DNA of 64,000 bases from an uncultured Ignavibacteria bacterium (lineage in GTDB: Bacteria; Bacteroidota; Ignavibacteria; Kapaibacteriales; UBA2268): NCBI GenBank assembly GCA_937127445.1, contig CAKZLY010000030.1:10023-74022 (forward strand), read 5' to 3'. How positions within the stretch are numbered: position 1 is the first letter of the stretch; each line of letters opens with the position of its first letter. This document shows positions 28,601-38,695 of this stretch, piece by piece. A program made the position numbers and the translations under genes. The notes under the pieces are model-generated. The model was not told the origin of the DNA and made no database searches. It worked only from the letters and a program-made list of their open reading frames with translations.

Positions 28601-30244
28601 ATGAAAAAAACGATTTGCACAATTATTTTATACTATTTGTGTTTTGCATTCACCTACTATATTTCATCCGCACAAATTGATTATAGCATATATAGATTGC
28701 CAAAAGATGAATTTAGCGATTCATTGGCAAAGGAAATGGCTTTTTCATCACTTAAATCAGCAACTGGTCTATTGGAGAAAGAAATAGATCCAGATAAGTA
28801 TATTTTAGGACAGGGCGATGAATTGGCAATTTCAATTATTTCTGCGAAGCCCAAGCACTTCGAGATTAGTATATCGCCCGAGGGGGCATTATTAATTCCT
28901 GGAATTGGAAAAATTGAATTAAAAGGCAAAGCATTATCACAAGCAATTTCGTTAATCGAGGAATTAATTCGAAAAAGGCTAAATCCAACGGAAATACATA
29001 TCACTTTGCAAAAGATACGACAGTTTAAAGTTAGTGTTAGTGGGCAGGTTGTGCGGAATGGGATTTATCCGGCGACACCTGCTGATAGAGTGTCTGAGGT
29101 AATCGATAAAGCAGGTGGATTACGTCGAGAAGCCTCTTGGAGAAATATAATATTATTGAGAAACAATGGCGAACAAAAAAATGTAGATTTAATGAAATTC
29201 TACTTTCTGGGCGATGAGGAAGCAAATCCTTATGTGCTCGGAGGAGATAAAATAATTGTCCCGGAAATAAATGAAAAATCCATTATTGGGCTGTATGGTG
29301 ATGTTGTCAATAGTGGGTTGTTTGAATACCGCGAGGGAGATAGTTTATCGACATTGTTAAAGTTTGGGCTTGGATTTACAGAATCCGCTTTTCTCGATTC
29401 GGTTGAATATTACTCTGCTCAAAAAACGGGTTTTCAAGTAAGCTTTCTTGATCTGTCATATTTAAAGAGTCAAAATTTAAGTACAGAAACAATTCAAAAT
29501 GATTTTTTGCTTCATTCGGGAGATAGGATTTTCGTTCGCAGTGTACCTAAATGGAGGAAATTACACTATGTTGTTATCAAAGGAGAGGTAAATTTCCCTG
29601 GTTACTATGCCATTGAAGAAAAAAAAGATAGAGTTACTGATTTGATCAAGAGAGCAGGTGGATTTACAGACGAAGCAGCAGTAGAGTTTGTTGAATACAT
29701 AAGCCAAAATGAGCTTGAAAAACCAGATTTAGAAATGGAAAGATTAAGCAGAGTGCTGCCTTCAGAAATGTCGGAAAGCGAATTCAGATATTTCCAATCA
29801 AGGAAGACAGAAAGAAAGGGTGTAATCTCGATAGATTTTCGGAAAATTATGAACAATCCTAATACACCGGATAATTTTTATTTAACTCATAGAGATTCAA
29901 TAGTAGTCCCATCAATTAAGAAATTTGTGAACGTTCAAGGACGAGTAGCCAAGCCTGGTTTGATTGCATTTCGCCCGGGTGCTGATTATATGGAATACAT
30001 TGAGTTAGCGGGTGGATTTGGATATAGAGCTGACGAAAGCGAGACGATGATTAATAAACACAGTGGAGGATTGTTTCGAGCAAAGAAACGAGATTACGTT
30101 ATTGAACCTGGCGATGTAATATTAGTGCCACCTGAGAGAGAATTAACATTTATGGAGGCATTTACCAAAGGTTTAACAATAGCAACACAAATTCTTACTA
30201 TTGCTGGTGTTGTACTCGCATTTTCAAACATTAATAAGAAATAA
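28601..30244 (+). CDS. Polysaccharide export protein with multiple SLBB domains (Wza/KpsD-like)
   Basis: YILGQGDELAI; ISPEGALLIPGIG; repeated V.G.V..PG ... I..AGG units; IEPGDVILVP. Alternative start 28589. Confidence 0.85.
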   Translation: MKKTICTIILYYLCFAFTYYISSAQIDYSIYRLPKDEFSDSLAKEMAFSSLKSATGLLEKEIDPDKYILGQGDELAISIISAKPKHFEISISPEGALLIPGIGKIELKGKALSQAISLIEELIRKRLNPTEIHITLQKIRQFKVSVSGQVVRNGIYPATPADRVSEVIDKAGGLRREASWRNIILLRNNGEQKNVDLMKFYFLGDEEANPYVLGGDKIIVPEINEKSIIGLYGDVVNSGLFEYREGDSLSTLLKFGLGFTESAFLDSVEYYSAQKTGFQVSFLDLSYLKSQNLSTETIQNDFLLHSGDRIFVRSVPKWRKLHYVVIKGEVNFPGYYAIEEKKDRVTDLIKRAGGFTDEAAVEFVEYISQNELEKPDLEMERLSRVLPSEMSESEFRYFQSRKTERKGVISIDFRKIMNNPNTPDNFYLTHRDSIVVPSIKKFVNVQGRVAKPGLIAFRPGADYMEYIELAGGFGYRADESETMINKHSGGLFRAKKRDYVIEPGDVILVPPERELTFMEAFTKGLTIATQILTIAGVVLAFSNINKK

Positions 30245-31450
30245 ATGAAAGAAACAGAAGCAAAAATAGAAAGCATTGGCATAAGTAAATTTTTCGAGAT
30301 TTACAAAAAGCACTCGAAAATAATATGGATAATTGTATTTGTTGCTTGTGTTGTTACGTTTATTTTCTCGCTAATAATGCCACACACCTACAAAACGTAC
30401 ACAACGGTTATGCCCCCCAAGCAAGGTGAGAACACAGGATTATCAGGAATTTTGCAGAATTTTGCTGGTGGACTACCTTCTGGATTGCCAAGCCTTGGAA
30501 GTTCTAATAATCAATCATTAGTTTTGGCTGATATATTAAGAAGCAGGGCAATTGCAGAATATTTGATTAAAGAACTTAAATTAAAGCAATTGCCACAATA
30601 CGATGGAATGACAAACAATGAATTAATTGAATATTTGCAGGAAAATTTCAAAGTCGATGTAGAGAAAACGGGACTCATTGTTTTTCAAACATCTGCAAAA
30701 ACGTGTTTCTTTGCATCATCACAGGAAAAACAGGCAACCAAACAATTAGCAAAGAAGTTTGCGGACGAAGCAGTAAAAGGATTAGATTTAATTGTTCGGT
30801 CGAAAAACACATCAGCTGCAAAAAAATCAAGAATGTATATAGAGAAAGAATTAGCAAAATACAGAGAAAAATCTGATTCAATAGATAACATTCTTGAAAA
30901 CTTTCAGCGAACTAATAGAGTACTTAAAATTGACGATCAAACACAGGCTCTTGTTAAACAAGCGATAGAAGTTGGTTTGCAGTTAGCAAAAGCTGAAATG
31001 GAACTTAATATTGCGAAAAATGAATTAAGCAAGGACAATCCATATTTAATCCAGCAGCAAAATATAGTGAACCAACTGAGAAAACAGTATAATGCAGTGC
31101 AAAGTGGAGGTCTAACTGGTTCAGATGGTTTTTCTATACCTTTTGATAAGATACCGAGTCTTGCTCGTGAATACGCTAATTTATACAGGGATAAGAAAAT
31201 CGTTGAGCAAATTATTATGTATCTCGAAACGCAGCGACATCAGGAAGCAATACAAGAAAACCGGGACGTCCCAACTGTTGAAGTGTTAGACAAAGCATTT
31301 GTTCCAGACAAACAATCTTCACCTAACAAAAAGTTAATGTTGTTGCTTACATTTGTGATTTCATTTATATTAGTTTTAATGTATTTTACTTATAAAGAGT
31401 TCAGGATTTATTCCAAAGAAACAGAAAAGGGAAATGAGTCTAATCAATAA
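30245..31450 (+). CDS. Polysaccharide co-polymerase / chain-length regulator (Wzz/GumC-like, no kinase domain)
   Basis: TM - SLIMPHTYKTYTTVMPP - long coiled coil - VEVLDKAFVPDKQSSPNKK - TM. Confidence 0.85.
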   Translation: MKETEAKIESIGISKFFEIYKKHSKIIWIIVFVACVVTFIFSLIMPHTYKTYTTVMPPKQGENTGLSGILQNFAGGLPSGLPSLGSSNNQSLVLADILRSRAIAEYLIKELKLKQLPQYDGMTNNELIEYLQENFKVDVEKTGLIVFQTSAKTCFFASSQEKQATKQLAKKFADEAVKGLDLIVRSKNTSAAKKSRMYIEKELAKYREKSDSIDNILENFQRTNRVLKIDDQTQALVKQAIEVGLQLAKAEMELNIAKNELSKDNPYLIQQQNIVNQLRKQYNAVQSGGLTGSDGFSIPFDKIPSLAREYANLYRDKKIVEQIIMYLETQRHQEAIQENRDVPTVEVLDKAFVPDKQSSPNKKLMLLLTFVISFILVLMYFTYKEFRIYSKETEKGNESNQ

Positions 31451-31730
31451 AATAAAATCTAACAGATGGAAAACATTTGGTTTGGTTGTATTGGCAGCAA
31501 TTTTGACTATTACTTATATTGATAATGTATTTAAAGTAAATAGTTTGTTATCGGAAATACAGAATCTTGAAAAGCAGTATGATGAGGTTCGGACATCAAA
31601 TCAAGTATTAATAACAAAAATCATAGAACTGGAAAGCGTATCTAGAATAACCAAAATAGCAGAAGAAAATTTAGGTATGATGAAACCATCGAAAGTACCT
31701 CAAAAAATTAAATTGAAAAATGAAGAGTAG
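31434..31730 (+). CDS. ftsL: Cell division protein FtsL
   Basis: 98 aa: TM plus coiled coil ending LESVSRITKIAEENLGM; directly upstream of and overlapping the ftsI-like gene. Confidence 0.75.
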   Translation: MSLINKIKSNRWKTFGLVVLAAILTITYIDNVFKVNSLLSEIQNLEKQYDEVRTSNQVLITKIIELESVSRITKIAEENLGMMKPSKVPQKIKLKNEE

Positions 31731-33801
31731 CGAAGAGAATACATATACAAGAAGGAAGAAGTTCTGGAAATTTTGGCTATTAATGATATTGATTAATATA
31801 GGACTATTAATTGTAATTGGTCGATTATTTCAGCTTCAGATATTAAAGGCACCGTATTACAAAGAAAAAGCACGGCGGCAACACGAAACTAAATTAGATT
31901 TAAGTTCCCAGAGAGGGAATATTTACGACAGGAATGGCAATTTACTTGCTTCGTCTGTGAAAAGTTATTCGATAGCAGTAGATCCGAACCTGTTGCAGAA
32001 AAAATCAGAAATACTAAAAATCATTGAAAAGAATCTTGGAATAGCGGCAGAGAGTTTAAATAGAAAGATCCTATCTGCAAAAGGTTCGTTTCTGTGGCTT
32101 GTTAGAGGAGTTACACCAGAAAAAGTAAAAGAATTGTTTTATATCAAAGATAGAGGACTTATATTAATAGAAGAACCACGACGGCAATATCATTATGGCT
32201 CGCTGGCATCACAAATACTTGGTTGCACTGATATAGATAATCGAGGGCTTACGGGAATAGAGTTAAGTTATGACAGCATACTTACAGGTAGAAGCGGATA
32301 TATGATTATGTTTCGTGATGGGTTGGGCAGGTTGCGACCATCAGCAGATTTACCAATAATACGACCTACAAACGGATATTCGTTGCAGCTTACACTGGAT
32401 ATTGATTTACAAAGGATTGTAGAATTTGAATTAATGCAAGGTGTTAAGAACTCGCTTGCTGAATCTGGAACAGTTGTTGCAATAAAGCCCTCGACAGGTG
32501 AAGTGTTGGCAATGGCAACTTATCCAAATTTTAATCCGAATGACCCATCAACATACATTAATGCAAATATGCGAAATCGTTCAATCACTGATGTTTACGA
32601 ACCGGGTTCAACTTTCAAAGTGGTTACAGCGTCAGCAGCTTTAGAAGAGAACATAACAAAACTTGAAGATAAATACAACGGTTTTCAAGGCGAATTGCAT
32701 TTTTCGAATTTTGTAATTAAGGACGTTCACCCGCTTGGTATAACGACCTTTAGAGAAGGTATTGTGTATTCGAGTAATATTATTCTGTCGAGTGTTGCAG
32801 CAAAGATACCTGATTATAAATTTTACAAATATATTAGAGATTTTGGATTCGGTATTCCAACAAGGATTGATTTGCCGGGAGAAGTATCAGGAAAGATCCA
32901 AAGAGCGGAGCAAATGAATGTATCCACCAAAAGATTTATTGGATTTGGTTATGGGATATTGGCAACACCACTACAAATGGCAAATGCATTTGCCACAATC
33001 GCGAATGGCGGAATAATGATGAAACCGTACGTTATAAATGCGATCTACGATGAGAAAGGAAATTTAGTAAAGCAATTTAGCCCTGAAAAAATAAGACGTG
33101 TAGTATCTGAAAATACAGCTAATACATTGACAAATGTTTTAAAAGAAGTAGTTCAAAAAGGTACTGGGATTGCTGCAAAAATTGGAGGAGTAGAAATTGC
33201 TGGGAAAACAGGAACTTCTCAGCAGCTTGTTGATGGATCATATTCGAAATCTGACTACAATGCTTCTTTTGCAGGATATTTTCCTGCTAACAATCCTGAA
33301 ATTTGCATACTTGTTTTTTTAGATAAGCCTAAAACAAGCATATATGGAGGTTCAACAGCAGCACCTATTTTTAAGAATATTGCTCTCAGATGGCTTTCAA
33401 TAAAGAACCAATCGATAAAAGTAAAAAACATTGCGAATAATGCAAGCGATACCGTCTTTGTTCCCAATATAAATGGACTTGAATATTCGGAAGCAGAAAA
33501 AATATTACAAGAATTAGGATTACGATATTCAGCAACAGTGAGAGAGGGTGTCGTCAAACAAGTATTTCCCGAGCCAGGGCGAAAGATTTTACGTTCAACT
33601 GTAATAAAAATTGAGACATCGCAGGAAAAAGCAAATAGTGAGAGGATGCCCTCAGTAGTTGGATTACCATTAAGACGTGCGATTACAATATTGCATTCGG
33701 CTGGGGTAAAGGTGCAAGTGCGAGGTTCAGGGAAAGTTGTAAGGCAAGTTTGGGAACGTTCAAATAATGAAGTTACCTGCACACTATTTGCAAGTCCTTA
33801 A
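31720..33801 (+). CDS. ftsI: Class B penicillin-binding protein FtsI/PBP3 with C-terminal PASTA domains
   Basis: RGNIYDRNG; GLTGIE; YEPGSTFK (SxxK), SSN (SxN), GKTGT (KTG); PASTA repeats VPNINGL and MPSVVGLPLRRA. Confidence 0.88.
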   Translation: MKSSEENTYTRRKKFWKFWLLMILINIGLLIVIGRLFQLQILKAPYYKEKARRQHETKLDLSSQRGNIYDRNGNLLASSVKSYSIAVDPNLLQKKSEILKIIEKNLGIAAESLNRKILSAKGSFLWLVRGVTPEKVKELFYIKDRGLILIEEPRRQYHYGSLASQILGCTDIDNRGLTGIELSYDSILTGRSGYMIMFRDGLGRLRPSADLPIIRPTNGYSLQLTLDIDLQRIVEFELMQGVKNSLAESGTVVAIKPSTGEVLAMATYPNFNPNDPSTYINANMRNRSITDVYEPGSTFKVVTASAALEENITKLEDKYNGFQGELHFSNFVIKDVHPLGITTFREGIVYSSNIILSSVAAKIPDYKFYKYIRDFGFGIPTRIDLPGEVSGKIQRAEQMNVSTKRFIGFGYGILATPLQMANAFATIANGGIMMKPYVINAIYDEKGNLVKQFSPEKIRRVVSENTANTLTNVLKEVVQKGTGIAAKIGGVEIAGKTGTSQQLVDGSYSKSDYNASFAGYFPANNPEICILVFLDKPKTSIYGGSTAAPIFKNIALRWLSIKNQSIKVKNIANNASDTVFVPNINGLEYSEAEKILQELGLRYSATVREGVVKQVFPEPGRKILRSTVIKIETSQEKANSERMPSVVGLPLRRAITILHSAGVKVQVRGSGKVVRQVWERSNNEVTCTLFASP

Positions 33802-33834
33802 CTTATAGATTAGAAATACTTCATCTAAAATTTA

Positions 33835-34326
33835 TCAAGCAAAAATATCGTTTTTTGCACGCGATTCCTCTGCCATTTTATTTTTGTATTCTATCATTTT
33901 TTCCAAAAGTTTTGGGTCGGCAATAGCAAGCATTTTAATCGCGAGCAAGCCAGCATTTTTCGCATTTCCGATGGCGACGGTAGCCACAGGGACACCAGCT
34001 GGCATTTGCACAATAGAAAGAAGAGAATCAAGTCCATTCAATGCCTTTGACTGTACAGGAACACCAATTACGGGTAGTGGTGTATGCGAAGCAATCATAC
34101 CGGGCAAATGAGCAGCGCCGCCGGCACCAGCAATAATCACTTTAATGCCACGTTTGTGAGCACTGCGTCCGTATTCAGCCATATCATCAGGTGTTCGATG
34201 AGCTGATACAATTTTAATTTCGTAAGGCACGCCAAATCCTTCGCAAATATCAGCGGCAGCTTGCATTGTTGGCAGATCGGAATCGCTTCCCATAATAATT
34301 CCAATTATTGGTTTCAGTTGTAACAT
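33835..34326 (-). CDS. purE: N5-carboxyaminoimidazole ribonucleotide mutase
   Basis: [58 protein letters not shown]. Confidence 0.97.
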   Translation of the reverse strand: MLQLKPIIGIIMGSDSDLPTMQAAADICEGFGVPYEIKIVSAHRTPDDMAEYGRSAHKRGIKVIIAGAGGAAHLPGMIASHTPLPVIGVPVQSKALNGLDSLLSIVQMPAGVPVATVAIGNAKNAGLLAIKMLAIADPKLLEKMIEYKNKMAEESRAKNDIFA

Positions 34327-34341
34327 TTATTACCTCTATTG

Positions 34342-34845
34342 TTAAAAGTTTGATTCATCACGCCATAATATTATTTTCCATTCATCGCTTGGATTTTCTC
34401 GTTTCAGATAAAAAATAGCTTTTCCAAATACATTTAAAACATCGTTGGGTGCGAAAGTAATTGTAAGGGAGAAGCTTCGAGAAACATCTAAAAAGAGAGA
34501 ATCGCCTCGAATGTAAAGAATTTCATTCCAAACAAGGTTTAAGTCTTGAGCTGCTGCAAAAAGCCGAGCAGTAGCAATCATATCTTCGCTGCGTGTCCAG
34601 GTCGGGTCGATATTCTTGTCGTAATTACGGTAGTTGAAAGTAAAATCAGGATGTAGAATCTTGCCATATAGAACAGTATCTTTATATTTATAAGCGTAGC
34701 TAAAATTTTTGAACACACCTTCCACGGTTCGTTGGTCGCCGAGCTGAAAGTCGTCTCTTGCATCTTTGAGCAGAGCAGGAGCGAAAGGATTGGTGCAAGA
34801 TACTACTAAAATCAAAAAGAGCAATATATAAAAGATTTTTATCAA
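34342..34845 (-). CDS. Hypothetical lipoprotein (possible NTF2-like fold)
   Basis: Lipobox VVSC-TNPFAP; ILHPDFTF; C-terminal EWKIILWRDES. Confidence 0.7.
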   Translation of the reverse strand: MIKIFYILLFLILVVSCTNPFAPALLKDARDDFQLGDQRTVEGVFKNFSYAYKYKDTVLYGKILHPDFTFNYRNYDKNIDPTWTRSEDMIATARLFAAAQDLNLVWNEILYIRGDSLFLDVSRSFSLTITFAPNDVLNVFGKAIFYLKRENPSDEWKIILWRDESNF

Positions 34846-35732
34846 TGTAAAAGTAATTTTTTTAAAATAATTTGTTCATTTTTCTTCAAAACTATAAAAT
34901 ATACTCCATTTAGCAAAAAATTCATATCGATTACGGTAATGTTTTCCATTAGATTAGAGGAATAGACTATCTTGCCTAATAAATTATAAATTTCAACAAA
35001 GGAAATATCGTCCGAATTGAGATATATTATTTTATCGACCACAGTAAATTCACTATTTTCGATATCATCATACACTGAATTATTTAAGTTGTCTGAAACA
35101 AGAATATCATCGACTGCAAGTTGAGGGCGAGTGCCGGAAGAGCCATCATTGGCATAGCAATATTTCCAGCGAAGTTGGATGTAGCTTTTGTTTGAACAAA
35201 TATCAGGCAATTTGGTAGGGCCGAAAACCCTGAAATCACCTTTTGTTTGAGAAGAGGAATAAGTTGAGTTGGGAACGTTGACGAATTTTGATTTATCATC
35301 AGTTCGGTATTGCAATTGAATGAAGTAGTTTCTCTCCCCTACGTTAAAAGTGCGAGCAGTCCAACGAAGATAAATTTCGGAACAATTACGGGTATCAAGA
35401 GCGAGGACAGCAGCACCAGGATAGCCATCATCATCCTGCGATAGTGATGTTGATAGAAAAGAAAAGCCGTATTGCCCAAGTCCGTTTATTCTTGCTTTTG
35501 ATTTCAAGTTGTAAGGAGAAATCCAGTCGCCGGTCATTTCGTCTTCGATTTTTGGATCGGATTTTTTTAAAGTGTGAAAAATCATAGAAACTGGGTAGGT
35601 TTTTGCAGGTGCATCTTCTTTCCACTCATTGAAATTGTAAGATGAGCCACTCAACTTGAAGGCTTGTGGATTACTTTGAGCAAATGCTAAATCCGATACA
35701 ACGGCAAATGCTAAAAATAGAAAAAATATCAT
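34842..35732 (-). CDS. Secreted protein with T9SS type-A C-terminal sorting domain
   Basis: Signal peptide (AFAQ); beta-sandwich body (IQLRW...LAVDDILV); CTD VEIYNLLGKIV...LLNGVYFIVL...LKKLLLH. Confidence 0.75.
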   Translation of the reverse strand: MIFFLFLAFAVVSDLAFAQSNPQAFKLSGSSYNFNEWKEDAPAKTYPVSMIFHTLKKSDPKIEDEMTGDWISPYNLKSKARINGLGQYGFSFLSTSLSQDDDGYPGAAVLALDTRNCSEIYLRWTARTFNVGERNYFIQLQYRTDDKSKFVNVPNSTYSSSQTKGDFRVFGPTKLPDICSNKSYIQLRWKYCYANDGSSGTRPQLAVDDILVSDNLNNSVYDDIENSEFTVVDKIIYLNSDDISFVEIYNLLGKIVYSSNLMENITVIDMNFLLNGVYFIVLKKNEQIILKKLLLH

Positions 35733-35734
35733 AA

Positions 35735-36028
35735 CTATTTATTTTGATAGTTCGAAATATATTTTTCGAATTCATCAAAAATTTGTTTGAAAATGCTTTC
35801 AGGAACTATCATCCGGAGAAAGTTCTGACCAAGAGAACCTTTCAGCGTGTAATAACCTTTGACAATAATCTTAAAATATGGGATATCGAACGTATTATCG
35901 ATTTTGATTTTACCTAATTTAGAAAGATAATCAATAAAATTTTGGTCGGTATTTTTGTCAAAATAAATATCATAGCCGATATTACCGTCGGCACAGCTTT
36001 CAGCTTCGGATATTTTAATTATTTTCAA
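35735..36028 (-). CDS. Hypothetical protein
   Basis: ORF abutting the next gene (2 bp gap). TTG 36028 (MKIIKISEAESC) is the more plausible start than 36058. Confidence 0.6.
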   Translation of the reverse strand: MKIIKISEAESCADGNIGYDIYFDKNTDQNFIDYLSKLGKIKIDNTFDIPYFKIIVKGYYTLKGSLGQNFLRMIVPESIFKQIFDEFEKYISNYQNK

Positions 36029-36099
36029 AGCGAATAAGTATAAAAAGTTTATAAACAAAGAAAAATAACTTATTTTTGTAAATTAAGCAAGAACAAAAA

Positions 36100-36813
36100 A
36101 TGATTATGAAACCAGAATTATCAGTAATAATACCAGCATATAATGAAGAGGCAAGATTAGGTAATACATTAAGTCTGATTACACAATATTTAAGAAACAC
36201 TACTTTAACCTATGAAATTATCGTTTCAGACGATGGTTCGACAGATGGGACTATTGATGTAGCGAAGAGTTTTGAAGATGTAAAAGTAATAAGTGATGGA
36301 ATAAATTACGGGAAAGGTGCCGCTGTTCGGCGTGGGATGCTTGCAGCAAATGGAGAATATAGGTTGTTTACCGATGCAGACTTATCGACACCAATATACG
36401 AAATCGAGAAGCTCAAAAAATTTCTGAAAAATGGATACGATGTTTGTATAGGTTCAAGGGCAGTAGATTATAAATTGATTAAGAAACACCAGCCATTTTA
36501 CAGAGAATTTATGGGCAAAACATTCAATAAAATTGTTCAGATGCTTGTAGTGAAAGGAATAAAAGACACTCAATGTGGTTTCAAATGTTTTCGTGAGCAA
36601 GCTGCACTGGATATTTTTAATCGAGCAAAAATCAATGGTTTTTCATTTGATGTTGAAATTTTATATTTAGCAAAAAAAATGAATTATAAAATAAAAGAAG
36701 TTGGGGTAGAGTGGTATAATGACGAGAGAACAACGGTTAGCCCGATAAAGGATAGCGTAAAAATGTTTGCAGAAATTCTTAAAATCAAACGAATTCACTC
36801 GGATTTAAAATAA
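36100..36813 (+). CDS. Glycosyltransferase family 2 (dolichyl/undecaprenyl-phosphate glucosyltransferase-like)
   Basis: SVIIPAYNEE; DDGSTDGT; NYGKGAAVRRG; FTDADLSTP; KDTQCGFKCF; FSFDVE. Confidence 0.92.
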   Translation: MIMKPELSVIIPAYNEEARLGNTLSLITQYLRNTTLTYEIIVSDDGSTDGTIDVAKSFEDVKVISDGINYGKGAAVRRGMLAANGEYRLFTDADLSTPIYEIEKLKKFLKNGYDVCIGSRAVDYKLIKKHQPFYREFMGKTFNKIVQMLVVKGIKDTQCGFKCFREQAALDIFNRAKINGFSFDVEILYLAKKMNYKIKEVGVEWYNDERTTVSPIKDSVKMFAEILKIKRIHSDLK

Positions 36814-38036
36814 TGGATTTATTCAATAAATTCAAAAAAATTCGACAAATTTTATTCAGACCAAGCACCGAAAACTTATGGAAGCGTAATTTAATAATCC
36901 TTGCAACGGCTCAGTTTATTGCAATGGTAGGAATGAACGGGCTTGTACCGTTTCTTCCGTTATTTGTGCTTGAATTAGGCGTGAACGACCCTGTACAAGC
37001 AAAATTTTGGAGCAGTATGGTGTTTGCGGGACCGTATTTTCTGTCGATTTTTGCTGTCCCAGTGTGGGGAATGCTAGGGGATAGATACGGACAGAAGAAA
37101 ATGGTAATTCGTGCAATTTTCGGATTAGCATTAGCCGTATTTTTGATGGGATTTTCGGTAAATATATATCAATTATTTGCTTTAAGGGTTTTCCAGGGAG
37201 CGTCGAGTGGATTTATTGCAGCAGCACTGGCATTTGTGAGTAAGAACACGCCAAAGAACCGAAATGGATATGCAATAGGAATATTACAAAGCGCATCATC
37301 TGCTGGCATCATCATTGGACCGTTTTTCGGGGGAATACTATCTGATGCAAGTGGAGTTAGAAGTGTTTTTATAATAGTAGCAATATTATGTGTAATAAGT
37401 GGAATATTAATTATCGGATGCGTTAAAGAGCAAAGAGTGGAATTAATAAACACTCGAAGCAAAGTTTTAGATAATTTAATAACAGTTATTCATAACAGTG
37501 AAATGTCGAAGATAATCTTGTTAATTATATTCTCACAAATGGCTATATTATTATCAAATCCGATATTTCCTTATTATGTGGCAAGGCTTGGAGCACCACA
37601 AAGTGTATTATCAACAATCACGGGGCTATTAGTAGCTACCGTTGGAATATTTAGTATTATTTTTGCTCCATACTGGGGAAGAAAAAACGACACAACTGCA
37701 TATAGCAAGATATTTTCGCCTGCAGTGTTTATTGCTGGTTGCGCATCATTGCTTCACGTAATTTCTAATCATTATCTATGGTTGTTTCCAATTAGAGCGC
37801 TTGTAGGCGTATTTTTTGCAGCAATTGCACCGAGTTTATATTCTGCATTGAGCTATCGCGCTGATGAAAGCAATAAAGGTGGGATTATGGGAATTGCATC
37901 ATCAGCAAATTTATTAGGTGCTTTGCTTAGTTACTTAAGTTGTAGTGTAATTGTGTCGCATCTTGATATGGTTTGGACATTTGTCGCATCGGGAGTAATA
38001 TTAATATCATTATCTATTTGGGCAAAAATCAGATAG
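36813..38036 (+). CDS. MFS transporter (MdtG/DHA1-like)
   Basis: WKRNL; PFLPLFV; WGMLGDRYGQKKM; LRVFQG; IGPFFGG; about 12 TM. TAATG coupling to the upstream gene. Confidence 0.9.
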   Translation: MDLFNKFKKIRQILFRPSTENLWKRNLIILATAQFIAMVGMNGLVPFLPLFVLELGVNDPVQAKFWSSMVFAGPYFLSIFAVPVWGMLGDRYGQKKMVIRAIFGLALAVFLMGFSVNIYQLFALRVFQGASSGFIAAALAFVSKNTPKNRNGYAIGILQSASSAGIIIGPFFGGILSDASGVRSVFIIVAILCVISGILIIGCVKEQRVELINTRSKVLDNLITVIHNSEMSKIILLIIFSQMAILLSNPIFPYYVARLGAPQSVLSTITGLLVATVGIFSIIFAPYWGRKNDTTAYSKIFSPAVFIAGCASLLHVISNHYLWLFPIRALVGVFFAAIAPSLYSALSYRADESNKGGIMGIASSANLLGALLSYLSCSVIVSHLDMVWTFVASGVILISLSIWAKIR

Positions 38037-38552
38037 TTAATTTTCAATACCTGTCCAATCACTCCAAAAAGTAGGCAGAATCATATTTTCATCGCTTCTA
38101 AATTCAAGAGTCACTTTAACAGTTCGGTTATCTCCACCCCAGTGAGTAATTGTAGGCTTAATCCAATAGTCATCAAATCCAGGTTGGTCATTGATAAATA
38201 AAGTTTGTTTAGATACAGAATCATAAACACCAATTCTACAAATAGCCCAGTATTGGCGCGGAATGTTAACAAAGAAAAATGTATGCTCGCCGGGTTTAAG
38301 AGTTTGGTTTGTTTTAAGCAAATTATCACTCCATTCCCCTATCGGGTTCAAACCTGACGTAACAAGACCAGCGTTTTTGTATTGCAAAGTCGTAACAGTG
38401 TATTTAGATTCTGGGTTGTTAATAAACTTTACATAAAGCCTATTTTTATCTCCGGTAAGATTATTATCGGAATTCGTTGGTTCATTTTCATCGTCATCGC
38501 AAGAAAACACTAAAAACGAAACTGCTAATAATAAAAAGTAAAAAATATTCAT
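38037..38552 (-). CDS. Hypothetical lipoprotein
   Basis: Lipobox VFSC followed by acidic DDDENE. Confidence 0.7.
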   Translation of the reverse strand: MNIFYFLLLAVSFLVFSCDDDENEPTNSDNNLTGDKNRLYVKFINNPESKYTVTTLQYKNAGLVTSGLNPIGEWSDNLLKTNQTLKPGEHTFFFVNIPRQYWAICRIGVYDSVSKQTLFINDQPGFDDYWIKPTITHWGGDNRTVKVTLEFRSDENMILPTFWSDWTGIEN

Positions 38553-38636
38553 ACGAAAAATCCTATATTTATTTATTTATTTTATTATTATCTGTTTATC
38601 TTATCGCTTATTGGTATAAATTATTGTAGAATATAT

Positions 38637-38669
38637 AAAAAAAATGTGTTTACCAAGTGGTAAACACAT
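38637..38669 (-). terminator. Rho-independent terminator of the HMG-CoA lyase gene
   Basis: ATGTGTTTACCA-ag-TGGTAAACACAT (12-bp arms) followed on the minus strand by a T-tract. Confidence 0.7.
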
Positions 38670-38695
38670 CGATTTTATATAACAATTTTTGCTGG

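Noticed and set aside
38644..38669. Perfect 12-bp inverted repeat as a transcription-factor operator
   Set aside because: It sits 26 nt after the HMG-CoA lyase stop and is followed by a U-tract on that strand; a terminator is the simpler explanation.
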